Origin: the human T2T-CHM13v2.0 reference genome, Homo sapiens
Strand: one strand, 5' to 3'
Length of the DNA: 64,000 bases
Assembly: GCF_009914755.1 (NCBI RefSeq)
Contig: NC_060945.1
The number at the start of each line of letters is the position of its first letter. The stretch's first letter is position 1. The notes beneath the pieces are model-generated. The model did no database searches and was not told the origin of the DNA. It worked only from the letters and a program-made list of their open reading frames with translations. Below are positions 1-11,645 of the stretch, in pieces. A program made the translations under genes and the position numbers.

Positions 1-41
1 GGATGTGAGTAGTGGCGGTGAGCATTAAATGCCACACTTAC

Positions 42-236
42 CTGCAGAACTAAGGATGAGTGATGGTTATGATGGAGAGAGTGTGGCTGGCAATGGCGTT
101 ATGCTCTGAGAGTGAGACACAGAACAACCCTATCAAATGGTGGAATGATGGGAAGTGCATATAAAGAGTAGAATAAACCTCCTGATTGCCTTACAGGTAT
201 TAACCAGGAATAAAAGGATGTTTTTCAAATCAGATG
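42..236 (-). other. candidate non-coding internal exon (or pseudo-exon), minus strand
   Basis: On the minus strand, a branch-like TTAAC and pyrimidine tract 'ctcttcttctctttctcctacctcttctccAG' (plus 237-273) precede the exon, and a consensus donor CAG|GTAAGT lies at 42/41. All three frames contain stops. Confidence 0.3.
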
Positions 237-420
237 CTGGAGAAGAGGTAGGAGAAAGAGAAGAAGAGGTTAATAGCTGCTTTCAATATTGCTCACAATA
301 GGGAACTGAGAGACCATAGGCAAAAAGAAAAGAGAGATAGGATGATTATTATATACAAGTATTAATAGAGAGGTAACCAAAAATATACACCTTTTGTGGT
401 AGATTTAAGACAGCCACATA

Positions 421-712
421 GGCTGGTGTCTCACAACTGTCATCACAGCACTTTGAGAGGCTGAGGTGAGAGGATCACCTGAGGTCAGAAGTTTGAGACC
501 AGCCTGGGCAACATAGTGAGACCTGTCTATACAAAAAACATTTTAAATTAGGCAGCCATGACAGTAGACACTAGTAGTCCCAGCTACTCAGGAAGCTGAG
601 GTGGGAGGATCACATAAGCCCAGGAGTTAAGAGGCTACAGTGAGCTATGATTGCACCACTGCACTCCAGCCTGGGTGATTTTTTTTTTTTTTTACAGACC
701 CTGTCTCTAAAA
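421..712 (+). mobile_element. AluJ-like SINE with an internal T15 tract
   Basis: Dimeric Alu with J-type features (gggcaacatagtgagacc, gaggctacagtgagctatgat). T15 at 679-693. Confidence 0.9.
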
Positions 713-743
713 TATATATATATATATTCTTTGCTACTTCTTT

Positions 744-1007
744 GCTGGGTGCTGTGGCTCACTCCTATAATCCCAGCACTTTGGGAAGCCAAGGCAGGAG
801 GATCACCCAAGGCTAGGAGTTTTGAGACCAGCCTGCACAATGTACCAAGATCCCATCTTTGCTAAAATAAAAAAATTAGGTAGGCATGATAGGCAGCTCT
901 ATAGTCCCAACTACTCGGGAGGCTGAGGTGTGACAATTGTTTGAGCCAAGGAGTTCCAGGCAGTGAGCTATGCCACTGCACTTCAGCCTGACCCTGTCTC
1001 TTAAAAA
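744..1007 (+). mobile_element. AluJ-like SINE
   Basis: ctataatcccagcactttgggaagcc...gcagtgagctatgccactgcac; diverged, with small deletions. Confidence 0.88.
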
Positions 1008-1023
1008 GAGAAAAGAAGAAAGA

Positions 1024-1355
1024 ACATGGTGGAAGTGAAGTGACATTCTGAGACTTGTGAGGTTAGGCCATTAGAACTCTTGCAGTTTCTGCCTGGCCCT
1101 GCTGAACATGCTCTCTAGGAGCCCTGAGGCCAGGTGAGGAGTCCAAGCACTCTGCAGGTGCTCGGCCTAAGCCTCAGCTAAGCCTCACCCTCTGGCATCC
1201 ACTTCAAGTCACCAGACATGGAAGTCAACAGCCACTCAAATACTCTAAACCAACCCATTCACAGCTGAATATAATTAAGTGACTTCTGTTCAGGACGCCT
1301 GAAACAGAAGAATCACCCCGCCAGTCCCTGCTCAATTGCCTGGCTCACAAAATCA
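1024..1355 (+). mobile_element. old MaLR LTR fragment (MLT1F/G/H-like)
   Basis: Resembles recalled MLT1 consensus (gaagtgac...ttctgagact...gaggttaggccat; cagaagaatcacccc). Confidence 0.5.
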
Positions 1356-1688
1356 TCTGTCAGTATGAGTTCATGATGCATTTGATCTCAAAGGAAATAT
1401 AAACTATCTTTAAGAAGATACTGTCCCCTGAAAAGGCCTAGAAATGTATCATCAACCCAGCAGCACTGAGCACTGTCATGCTGCACTGTGGTCTCTAAAT
1501 ACCATTTCCTACCAAAAAGAACGGGGCTGCCTGCAGGAATGGCTGATTCCAGATCCGAAAATGAAAATACACACAATGAATCTAAAATTGTGTCATCCAG
1601 AAATCAAAGAAGCTACCAAACATTAATAGGGGCATGCCAAAAGAAATCAGGAGTTCATCTGAATAAAATCTTACTCATCAAAAATAAA

Positions 1689-1982
1689 GGCCAGGCATGG
1701 TGACTCACACCTGTAATCCTAGCACTTTGATAGGTTGAGGCGGGTGGATCACTTGAGGCCAGGAGTTCAAGACTAGCCTGGCCAAAATGGTGAAACCCCG
1801 TTTCTACTAAAAATACAAAAATTAGCTGGGCATAATGGTGCACACCTGTAATTCCAGCTACTTAGGAGGCTGAGGCACAAGAATGGCTTGAACCTGGGAG
1901 GCAGAGGTTGAAATGAGCCCAGATTGTGCCACTGCACTACAGCCTGGATGACAGAGGGAGACTCTGTCTCAAAAAAAAAAAA
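1689..1982 (+). mobile_element. AluS SINE
   Basis: Full dimer from ggccaggcatgg to actctgtctc, followed by a poly(A) tail. Confidence 0.95.
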
Positions 1983-1989
1983 GATATAA

Positions 1990-3190
1990 TTTAAGCATCA
2001 ATAAAAATAATAACTACAATAGGCTGAATCCATAGGTTCATAATAATATTAAAAAGCTCACTGCTCACAACTGGAAGATGGTCATGAACCACATCGCTAC
2101 TCTGAAGTTGATAAAGAGAAAAGATAAGGCATTTACTAATCTTTGCCTTCACAATACAAACTGCAGGATAACAAAAGAATTGATGGGCGAAAGGATTCCA
2201 ATTAGTAAACAAAGAAGGGATGATCTAATGTCACATTTTGAAACTCCTAATGAATTCATGGATCAAGGCAATGGAAACCACAAGAAAACCTGAGAGAAGC
2301 TGGTTTTAAATACTTTCTGATAGAAGAGCCCAGCAACATCTATGAAGTCATCTTAACACTCAAGAATTTAAACTCAAATCTGATCAAACCTCTAGCTCCA
2401 ACTACTAAAGTTTAGGAAAAGCAAGGCATAGAGAAACATGTTAGACAAAAGCATGGCACTATAGGAAGTTACAAGGCAAATGCGTTGATTTTTTCAATTA
2501 ATAAATGACCATACAACCAGAGAGGGACTTATGAACCAATTTAAACAAACTAAACTTGTTTGGATCCCAATTCAAATAAATCATCCAAAAAAATTCTTAA
2601 GACAATTTAGGAACTGTAAACACTGACTAAGTATTTGCTGATATTTTAAAAGATTGTTTTTATATGAGATAACAGTATAGTGGTTATTTGTTTTTAAGTT
2701 CTTTGTCTTTTCCTTATCTTTCAGATACACACTGAAATATTTAGAGATAAAATTATCTGATTCTTGGAAACTGCTTCAAAACAATTGGGTAAGGGCAAAG
2801 ATCAAAGAGGTTAGAAAAAACAAGATTGGCTAAATTGATAATTTTTGAGGCTAGGTGGTCAGTACATTCGCTTCATGATAAATGGCTCTCTAACTTGGTA
2901 TATGTTTTTAAATTTTGCGTTAAGTTTTTTAAAAACCATGCTGACAAATAATTTTCAGTAACATAGAAAATGCTTATGACACAATATTACGTGGGAAAAG
3001 GCAGGAAAAAATATCAATATAGTAAGATCCAAGCTATGTAAATCAGTATGTTCAATGCCCAAATGTTTGCAGTGGCTATTTTGGGTGGTGGGCTTATTAT
3101 GGATAAATGTCATCCTTTACACTAATTTTCCAACTTTCTTTTAATACAATGGGCACATATGACCTGGCGAATTAGGAAAAACAGATAGTT
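1990..3190 (+). mobile_element. ancient L1ME-like 3' region remnants
   Basis: A-rich degenerate sequence with L1M 3'-end-like motifs (gtttggatcccaattcaaa, aagattggctaaattgataatttttgaggctaggtg). Confidence 0.45.
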
Positions 3191-4699
3191 ATTTTAGTTT
3201 TTAAGAGTAGGTGAACTATGAGCCATTTGAAATAATACTCTTGAGTCTTGAGTCTTGAGTGATGTGTTTAGGTAACATCCTCTGAGAGAGAGCTGGCACC
3301 ACCCCAGGGTGCCTCTTAGCACCTAAAAGTCACATCTGGTGTAAGATGGCAACGTGCCACTCTGTTTCTGAGGCGCCGTAAACAAAGGATTGATACATTT
3401 ATGTTTCCACTCAGTATGACCAAAGGAATGAAAAAAGTGCAATAATCTCACATATTTGACTCTCGGATGTCCCCAAAGGAGCGCAGCTTGGTAAATGACT
3501 ATCACTAGGTAATCACTGTTCTAGAAACTTCTGTGCCAGAGACAACTTGGGCGTTTTACAGTTTTTGTTCTGTTGCAAGACGTGATCCAGGGGATTATGC
3601 ACACTCCTCTCCTGCCTTTCTCCACAGGAAAGCAGACTGTTAGTCCCTCAGCAGGGCAGAGCATGCCAGGTCAGGGGCTCTCTCAGCAGACATTTCCTCA
3701 GAGGCCCGAAGCCCTAGCACCTCCCATAAGCAGGGCCTTGCTTTCCAGTGGAGTGTTTGTGTAAAAGGAATTTTTATGCCAGTGCCCTCTTAGGAATCTT
3801 TCTTTAAAATCATATGAAAGAAATGCAGAGAGAGATCTGAGTAAATCCTATATAACCCATAAGCCTAGAAAGTTCCAGAAGCATTCAGAATATTAATACA
3901 GCCATCATCAGGCCTTTTCCTCTCCCATGGAGTCATTGGCACCCTGGGAGATCTGGCTGGATAGTTCTGTCCATAATCTCTTAGATTTCTTGGTGGTTTT
4001 GTTTTATTTTATTTTTCCTCTTCTTGATATCCCTCCTGAGGATGATTTGACCTTTCTGGTAAAAATCTTAACTTGGGAATTTCTTGGATTTCCTGCCTGG
4101 AGATTATCACTCCAACATTTCCATATCGCATCTGCACATCTGTGTGGTTTCCAGCATTTGTACTTCATTCCGTCACTCCCCAGTGGCTCTCAAATGTCTT
4201 CTCCAATCTCAACAAACTGCCCTCTGGGGCTGTAAGCTCCATTTTTATCGATGGGAAAATAGAGACACCAAGAGGACTTGGCGAGGAGCGAATTCACCCT
4301 TGCCTGGACCCTGCTCCAGCCACGCTGGCCGGCCTCAGCGAGGGGCACCCACACACACAGGCCCAGTGCTCCACTCAGACACCTAAGGAGGCAGAGGCTC
4401 CATTAACACACCCTCATCCTCACCAGGCTTCCTTCTTTAGCCACAGGTGTGTCTGCCGTGACAGCATCTACCCCAGCATCAGTATGCAAATAAGCCAAAG
4501 GTGCAATGCATGGACTGACCTCCACGTAGATTTCACAGGATGGAACTGCCGTTTACAGGAGTCCTGTATATGGGAATCTAAACTTACCCATGAAAGGCAG
4601 AAAAGCTTCGGGAAATCACTCTTCGGGAAAGTAGAAGAAGAACTTAGATAACCCACCACCTCCCAGAGTGCACCCAGATGGAATGGATGCATCCTTCCT

Positions 4700-4868
4700 C
4701 GGGCTGAAAGGTCTGAAGAGAAGCTCCCTAGATCAGAGCCTCTCACCGGATTAAAATCCAGATGCAGATTCAGTAGGTCTGGCACGGCCTGACATTCTGC
4801 ATGTTAACAGCCCCTAGTTGATGCAGATGCTGCTGGTCCTTGCAGCCCACACTTTAAGTAGCAAAGAT
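4700..4868. mobile_element. MER5A-like hAT-Charlie MITE
   Basis: gattcagtaggtctgg...gttgatgcagatgctgctggtcc...cacactttaagtagca matches MER5A motifs. Confidence 0.65.
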
Positions 4869-4980
4869 TTAGAGCTGAGCTGCCCAATACAATGGCCACT
4901 ACCTACTGTGGCTGTTGAGCCCTTGAAATGCAGCAAGTTATAATTAAAATGTGCTGCAAGTATAAAATACACACAAGATT

Positions 4981-7540
4981 CTGAAACTATTCCAAACAAC
5001 AGATAAAGAGGGACTCCTCCCTAACTCATTTTATGAGGTCATCATCATCCTGATACCAAAACCTGGCAGAGACACAACAAAAAAAACATTTTAGGCCAAT
5101 ATCCCTGATGAACATTGATACAAAAATCCTCAATAAAATACTGGCAAACCAAATCCAGCAGCACATCAAAAAGCTTATCCACCAAGATCAAGTCAGCTTC
5201 ATCCCTGGGATGCAAGGCTGGTTCAACATACGCAAATCAGCAAAGGTAATCCATCACATAAACAGAACCAATGACAAAAACCACATGATTATCTCAATAG
5301 ATGCAGAAAAGGTCTTTGATAAAATTCAACACCCTTCATGCTACAAACTCTCAATAAACTAGGTATTGATGGAACGTATCTCAGAATAGTAAGAGCTATT
5401 TATGACAAACCCACAGCCAGTATCATACTGAATGGGCAAAAGCTGAAAGCATTCCCTTTGAAAACCGGCACAAAACAAGGATGCCCTCTCTCACCACTCC
5501 TATTCAACAAAGTATTGGAAGTTCTGTCCAGGGCAATCAGGCAAGAGAAAGAAATAAACGTATTCAAATTGGAAGAGAGGAAGTCAAATTGTCTCTGTTT
5601 GCAGATGACATGATTGTATATTTAGAACACCCCACCGTCTCAGCCCAAAATCTCCTTAAGCTGATAAGCAACTTCAGCAAAGTCTTAGGATACAACAGCA
5701 ATGTACAAAAATCATAAGCATTCCTATACACCAATAATAGACAAACAGAGAGCCAAATCATGAGTGAACTTCCATTCATAATTGCTACAAAAAGGATTAA
5801 ATACCTAGGAATACAACTTACAAGGGACGTGAAGGATCTCTTCAAGGAAAACTACAAACCACTTCTCAAGGAAATAAGAGAGGACACAAACAAATGGAAA
5901 AACATTCCATGCTCATGGATAGGAAGAATCGATATTGTGAAAATGGCCATACTGCCTGAAGTAATTTATAGATTTAATGCTATCCCCATCAAGCTACCAA
6001 TGACTTTCTTCACAGAATTAGAAAAAACTACTTTAAACTTCATATGGAACCAAAAAAGGGTCTGTATAGCCAAGACAATCCTCAGCAAAAAGAACAAAGC
6101 TGGAGGCATCATGCTACCTAACTTCAAACTATACTACAAGGCTACAGTAACCAAAACAGCATGGTACTGGTACCAAAACAGATATATAGACCAATGGAAC
6201 AGAACAGAGGCCTCAGAAATAATGCCACACATCTACAACCATCTGACCTTTGACAAACCTGACAAAAACAAGCAATGGGGAGAGGGTTCCCTATTTAATA
6301 AATGGTGTTGGGAAAACTGGCTAACCATATGCAGAAAACTGAAAGTGGACCCCTTCCTTACACCTTATACAAAAATTAACCCAAGATGGATTAAAGACTT
6401 AAATGTAAGACCTAAAACCATAAAAACCCTAGAAGAAAACCTAGGCAATACCATTCAGGACATAGGCATGGGCAAAGACTTCATGGCTAAAACACCAAAA
6501 GCAATGGCAACAAAAGCCAAAATTGACAAATGGGATCTAATTAAACTAAAGAGCTTCCACACAGCAAAAGAAACTATCAGCAGAGTGAATGGGCAACCTA
6601 CAGAATAGGAGAAAATTTTTGCAATCTACCATATGACAAAGGGCTAATATCCAGAATCTACAAAGAACTTAAACAAATTTACACGAAACAAACAACCCCA
6701 TTGAACAGTGGGCAAAGGATATGAACAGACACTTCTCAAAAGAAGACATTTATGCAGCCAGCAACATGAAAAAAAACTCATCATCACTGGTCATTAGAGA
6801 AATGCAAATCAAAACCACAATGAGATACCATCTCACGCCAGTTAGAATGGCCATCATTAAAAAGTCAGGAAACAACAGACGCTGGAGAGGATGTGGAGAA
6901 ATAGGAATGCTTTTACACTGTTGGTGGGATTGTAAATTAGTTCAACCACTGTGGAAGACAGTGTGGTGATTCCTCAAGGATCTAGAACCAGAAATACCAT
7001 TTGACCCTGCAATCCCATTACTGGGTATATAACCAAAGGATTATAAATCAGTATACTATAAAAGACACATGCACATGTATGTTTATTGCAGCACTGTTCA
7101 CAATAGCAAATACTGGGAACCAACACAAATGCCCATCAATGATAGATTGGATAAAGAAAATGTAGCACATATACACCATGGAATACTAGGCAACCATAAA
7201 AAACAATAAGTTCATGTCCTTTGCAGGGACATGGATGAAGCTGGAAACCATCATTCTCAGCAAACTAACACAGGAACAGAAAACCAAACACTGCATGTTC
7301 TCACTCATAAGTGGGAGTTGAACAATGAGAACACATGGACACAGGGAGGGGAACATCACACACCAGGGCCTGTCTGGAGGTGGGGGACTAGGGGAGGGAT
7401 AGCATTAGGAGAAATACCTAATGTAGATGATGGGTTGATGGGTGCGGCAAACCACCATGGCACGTGTATACCTATATAACAAACCTGCACATTCTGCACA
7501 GGTATCCCAGAACTTAAAGTATAATTTAAAACACACACAC
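4981..7540 (+). mobile_element. 5'-truncated L1PA (L1PA6/7-like) LINE-1, about 2.55 kb
   Basis: 3' half of ORF2 plus 3' UTR (cccagaacttaaagtataat). TSD acacacaagatt at 4969-4980 and 7541-7552. Confidence 0.95.
5108..6969 (+). pseudogene. disrupted L1 ORF2 (reverse transcriptase and C-terminal region)
   Basis: ORF pieces contain [46 protein letters not shown] and [14 protein letters not shown], broken by frameshifts and stops. Confidence 0.95.
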
Positions 7541-7680
7541 ACACACAAGATTTCAAAGATAGAATGAGACAAAGAAGATAAAATTGTTCACTAATCATTT
7601 TTATATCAAATATATGATGAGATGATACGAATATATTGGTTTAAATTAGCTATGGTATCAAAATTAACTTCACTGTTTTT

Positions 7681-7979
7681 TTTTTTACTTTAAATACTGG
7701 GATACATGTGCAGAATGTGCAGGTTTGTTACACAGGTATACACGTGCCATGGTGGTTTGCTGCATCTATCAGCCTATCATCTAGGTTTTAAGCCCCGCAT
7801 GCATTAGGTATTTGTCCTAATGCTCTCCCACCCCTTGCCGCCCATCCCCCGACAGGTGTATGATGTTCCCTTTCCTGTGTCCATGTGTTCTCGTTGTTCA
7901 ACTCCACTTAAGAGTGAGAAAATTCAGTGTTTGGTTTTCTGTTCCTGTGTTAGTCAAAGGACATGAATGAAGCTGGAAG
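7681..7979 (-). mobile_element. short L1PA (L1PA8-like) 3' end with a 25-bp 5' inversion
   Basis: Antisense 3' UTR at 7681-7954, then a sense piece caaaggacatgaatgaagctggaag at 7955-7979. Imperfect TSD ttcact(g/a)ttt(t/c)t starting at 7669 and 7980. Confidence 0.88.
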
Positions 7980-9021
7980 TTCACTATTTCTTTTTTATTT
8001 TTTAACATGTGACTACAAGAAAACTTTCCATTATAAAAACACCCCATGTTTCTATTGGTCAGCACTGATCTGCAAGACTCTACAAGCTTTAAAGCTAAAA
8101 TTCTTGAAAGTGCTCTTAGAAATGGTTTTATATGCTTGCCTTCTCCTTGGAAATATACACAATTTATCAACCTGCCAAAAAGGTCTTATCCATCCACCTC
8201 TTCTCACTAGGAAGTAGCAAGAGAAAGGGCTGATCAAAGCCAGATAACCTGTCCCACATAATGGCCAAGGCTTCCTTTGAATAATATCATGGTGGCTTTT
8301 GATTTTACATAGCCAATTCCAGATAAGAGAGGCCTGTCCTTGTTAAAATGACTGTTAAGTCCATTCAACATAATATTATCTAAAGACCGACTATCACTCC
8401 AATTTCTGATAAAAGCAACAAATGTGGTTAGAGTCCCAGGCTGATCTTTTGCTTGGTTAACACAATCCAGTCCATTTTTTCCTAATGATCACTTCTTTTC
8501 TTTCAGCTGAAATGTCTTTCTCATTAGCAGACATTTTTGAAGTAGAGGGGTTGTTTGTTTAAGGCTTCAAGACCAAGGCAAACATTTGTTATAAGGCTCC
8601 AAAGGAATTTGCAAATAATTTCCATCCATGATTTCCAAAGCCACAGGCTGCTTGTATAACATTTGTGCAAAATGCGTGGGCTGCTCCCATGAAGCAAGCA
8701 TTGCCAGAAATGTTTACTCTGCAGGAGTAAAGCTGTGTGTTTGTCACTCTGTTTGAAAACTTCCACATGGCAGCTCAATGGGTAGAGTGTGGAATAGACA
8801 CTCCATGGATGGCCACGGAACTCTCCATGCCTGTGTCCTCTGATGAGCTGCCCTTGCAGGATTTGACACCTCTTGATTCACTGTGGCTGTCACCTCTTTG
8901 AATTGTCTTCAGTTAAGACTGATCACACAAAGGCCAAGTACAGAAGGGTTCTCCAGCTCTCTAAATGCAGGCCATCCCATGAAGTTTAAGAATAGAAAAG
9001 CCCTGGACAGTCGTGGGACAA

Positions 9022-9449
9022 TGTTATAGCATAAATTGTGTCCCCAAAAAAGATGTATTGAATTCCTAACCCCTGATATCTCAGAATGTGACCTAATTTT
9101 GGAAGTAGGGTCTTTACAGAGGTAATCAAGTTAAAATGAGGGTATTAGAGTGGGCTCTAACCTAGTATGACTGATGTCCTTATAAAAGGGGGGAATGACA
9201 CAGACACAAAGGAAGAACTACATGAGGAGACACCGAGAACCATGAGAAGATTGGACTTAGGCTGTCACAGCCAAGGAATGACTGGGGCTACCAGAAGCTG
9301 GGAGAGAGGCCTGGAACAGATCTCTCCCTACGGCTCTGCAGAGCTTGGATTTGGTCTTCTCTCCTCCAGAACAGCAAGAGAATAAATCTCTCATGTTTTC
9401 AGCCACCCAGTTGGTGGCATTTTATTACAGTAGCCCCAGGACTAATACA
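9022..9449 (+). mobile_element. MLT1C-like MaLR solo LTR
   Basis: TG...CA ends; cagaatgtgacct, gggtctttacaga, aataaa, and a ctaataca terminus. Confidence 0.85.
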
Positions 9450-9593
9450 GACTTGAATTCTAACAGTTCCCATGACTTTTGGGGTTTTTTTTTTGCCATC
9501 ATTCTCACATGCCATCCCACCTTGGTCCCTTAGTATGCGTCAGTGATCTGGGGGTGACCACGTATAGTGGCAGCATCTTAAAAATGCATTCTA

Positions 9594-9823
9594 TAGGTTG
9601 CCAGATTTAACAAATACAAATAGAGGATGCCTAGTTCAAGTTGAATTTCAGATAAACAACAGATAATTTTTAGTATAAGTATTTAGTATACTATTTGTAA
9701 GTGTTTAGTATAAGTATTTACTATAAGTAATGTCCTTCAGACATACTTATACTAAAAAGTTTTCTGTTGTTTATCTGAAATTCATGTTGAAACTGGATGT
9801 CCCGTATTTTATCTGGCAACCTA
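9594..9823. mobile_element. MER53 palindromic hAT MITE
   Basis: 13-bp perfect TIR taggttgccagat/atctggcaaccta, with internal perfect 22-bp and 16-bp inverted arms. Confidence 0.88.
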
Positions 9824-10184
9824 AATAATAAGCATCTTTGAAATACTCTAAACTCCCTGGAAAAGACATGTGTTTGGTGCCACGAGGCGGGCTGGGAGAA
9901 TTTCCATGAGGCTGGGCCAAAACACAGGGTTCATTGCTTGGCATCAGCTCACTTCTGCTTCCACAATGAGAAGCAGAAACTTAATTCCTCCAAGGAACAA
10001 TTAATTGGAGTAGAAAGCTTGATTCTTGCATTTCCCACGTAGGTCACAAATTTCTGTTGTTGCAATGTACCTAATACCTATGTTGTGGTTCAAAATGTAG
10101 CATCATCTTAATGCATGCCCATAACTGAATTGTTCCGCCTAAAATAAGTGTAATCACCCTAACCCTAAACTATTCATAACAGAC

Positions 10185-10356
10185 AGGTGAGCTTCAGGGG
10201 TGCATGACCCACACAGCCACACAGGGCCTTGCGCTCAGGACCCCACACTTGATTCAAAACTCTGCAGTCACTGTATTAAAATTCTCAGTAATTTTTGAGC
10301 AAGGGGTTCTGCATTTTTATTTTGCACTGGGCCTCACAAACGATGTCACCGGTCCG
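10185..10356. mobile_element. MER91A-like hAT-Tip100 element
   Basis: tttgagcaaggggttctgcatttttattttgcactgggcctcacaaa matches the recalled MER91A end. Confidence 0.65.
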
Positions 10357-11407
10357 AGGACAGGTGTACCTAATAACACGTCAGCTGCTGCACAAAATGC
10401 TTCCATCACTGAAAAGTGACAGATGCCTCAGCCTATTCTTTGCTGAACTCGCTTCTAAGCAACTAGAGCCCTTTGGCCTGGCACCTCTCCTCTGCCACGT
10501 GCTGCTGTCTCCAGCATTGCTTTAATTTAATTAGTGTCTGGCTGGTTGAAAAGACTGTTTTTGATTCTGTGTGTGCTGTATGAGCTGTTGTCTGGATTCT
10601 CTTCCAACTTGGCCTTGGGAACACCCAGTGTCGAATCTGCTGTCTTTGGCTCTGTAAGACTGTGGTTTTTAAAGGACAATTGTTGCTCATAGCAACTTGA
10701 AGGCTGGATGGAGACTTGCCTGAAGCCCCATGAACCAGCAGATTTGGGGCTATTTAATTTCCCACCAGTAGCTGATTCCAAAGGTGTGCTTGTGTGGAAC
10801 CAAATCTCTCTGCCATCAGCCACATTTATTTTCTAATCTTCATTTTTTTTCCCTCCCTTCTCATGTACAGGGTTCAGCTTTCTTTCTCCTCCTCTAAGGT
10901 TTTCCTTCCGAATTCCCCTTATCCCTTTCCTTGTCCTCTCCCTGTTTGTAACCCATCCACTATTCCACATGCCCCTAGCTGACCCATTTTTTGCTCAGGT
11001 CTTTCTCCAGGGGAGAAGAACCAAAAGATGAGATTCAAATTGATTTTGCTGCTCATTAATGTCCCTTTCAAAGTTCTTGACGAGGGTGATGAAGCCAATG
11101 CCTAGGGGAAGAAATTTCAAACATTGGCTTTCCAGTTCCATTCCAGTTCCCCACCAATGTCTTCAGTGATGCCACCATGCAAAGAGCATCAGGAAAGGAG
11201 CACTGAATTCTGGCTCAAAGTCACTTCTCTGTGACTTTGGCTAAGACACTGAAACTCTCAAGATCTTGATTTCCTCATCTACAAAATAAGAGTGCTCAAT
11301 TACATAATAATCTCATAGAAACCTATAATTTGCACACCAAAGTTATAACCATTAATTATCCCACAAAGCACAGCAGGAATTTTCTAAATCTGAGGCTTGT
11401 GAACCAC

Positions 11408-11640
11408 TGTATTAGTCAGCAATTGCTGTGATAATGCTACATAACAATCCCAACTCTTGTGGCTTAGAACAACAAACATGTATTTCTTGTCTGATGGGCC
11501 AGAGATCTGATTTGGTCCAAACCCATCCAAGGATGTCTCTATAGCCCCAGCATGCTCCAAAACACACATGACCCTTGAAGACAGGGAGCCCTGACCTTGT
11601 TCTTGGTCCTCTCATTGGTGAGTCCAGTTGGATCTGTTTG
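11408..11640 (-). mobile_element. old MLT1-type LTR fragment next to the MER11 insertion
   Basis: tgtattagtcagc...ggcttagaacaacaaac resembles an antisense MLT1 3' end. Confidence 0.45.
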
Positions 11641-11645
11641 TCTCC

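Larger units (their letters stand above)
4875..8067 (+). mobile_element. MER33 hAT-Charlie element split into three pieces by two L1 insertions
   Basis: Segments 4875-4980, 7541-7680 and 7980-8067 join into the MER33 consensus (ctgagctgcccaatac...aaaatacacac...aaaattaacttcac...tttctattggtcagcactg). Confidence 0.8.

Noticed and set aside
4073-4651. 192-codon ORF
   Set aside because: It has a non-ATG start (TTG), no recognisable domain, and overlapping ORFs in other frames. It is consistent with a chance ORF.
5108-6969. Active reverse transcriptase gene
   Set aside because: This is a 5'-truncated L1 with frameshifts and stops and no endonuclease, ORF1 or promoter.
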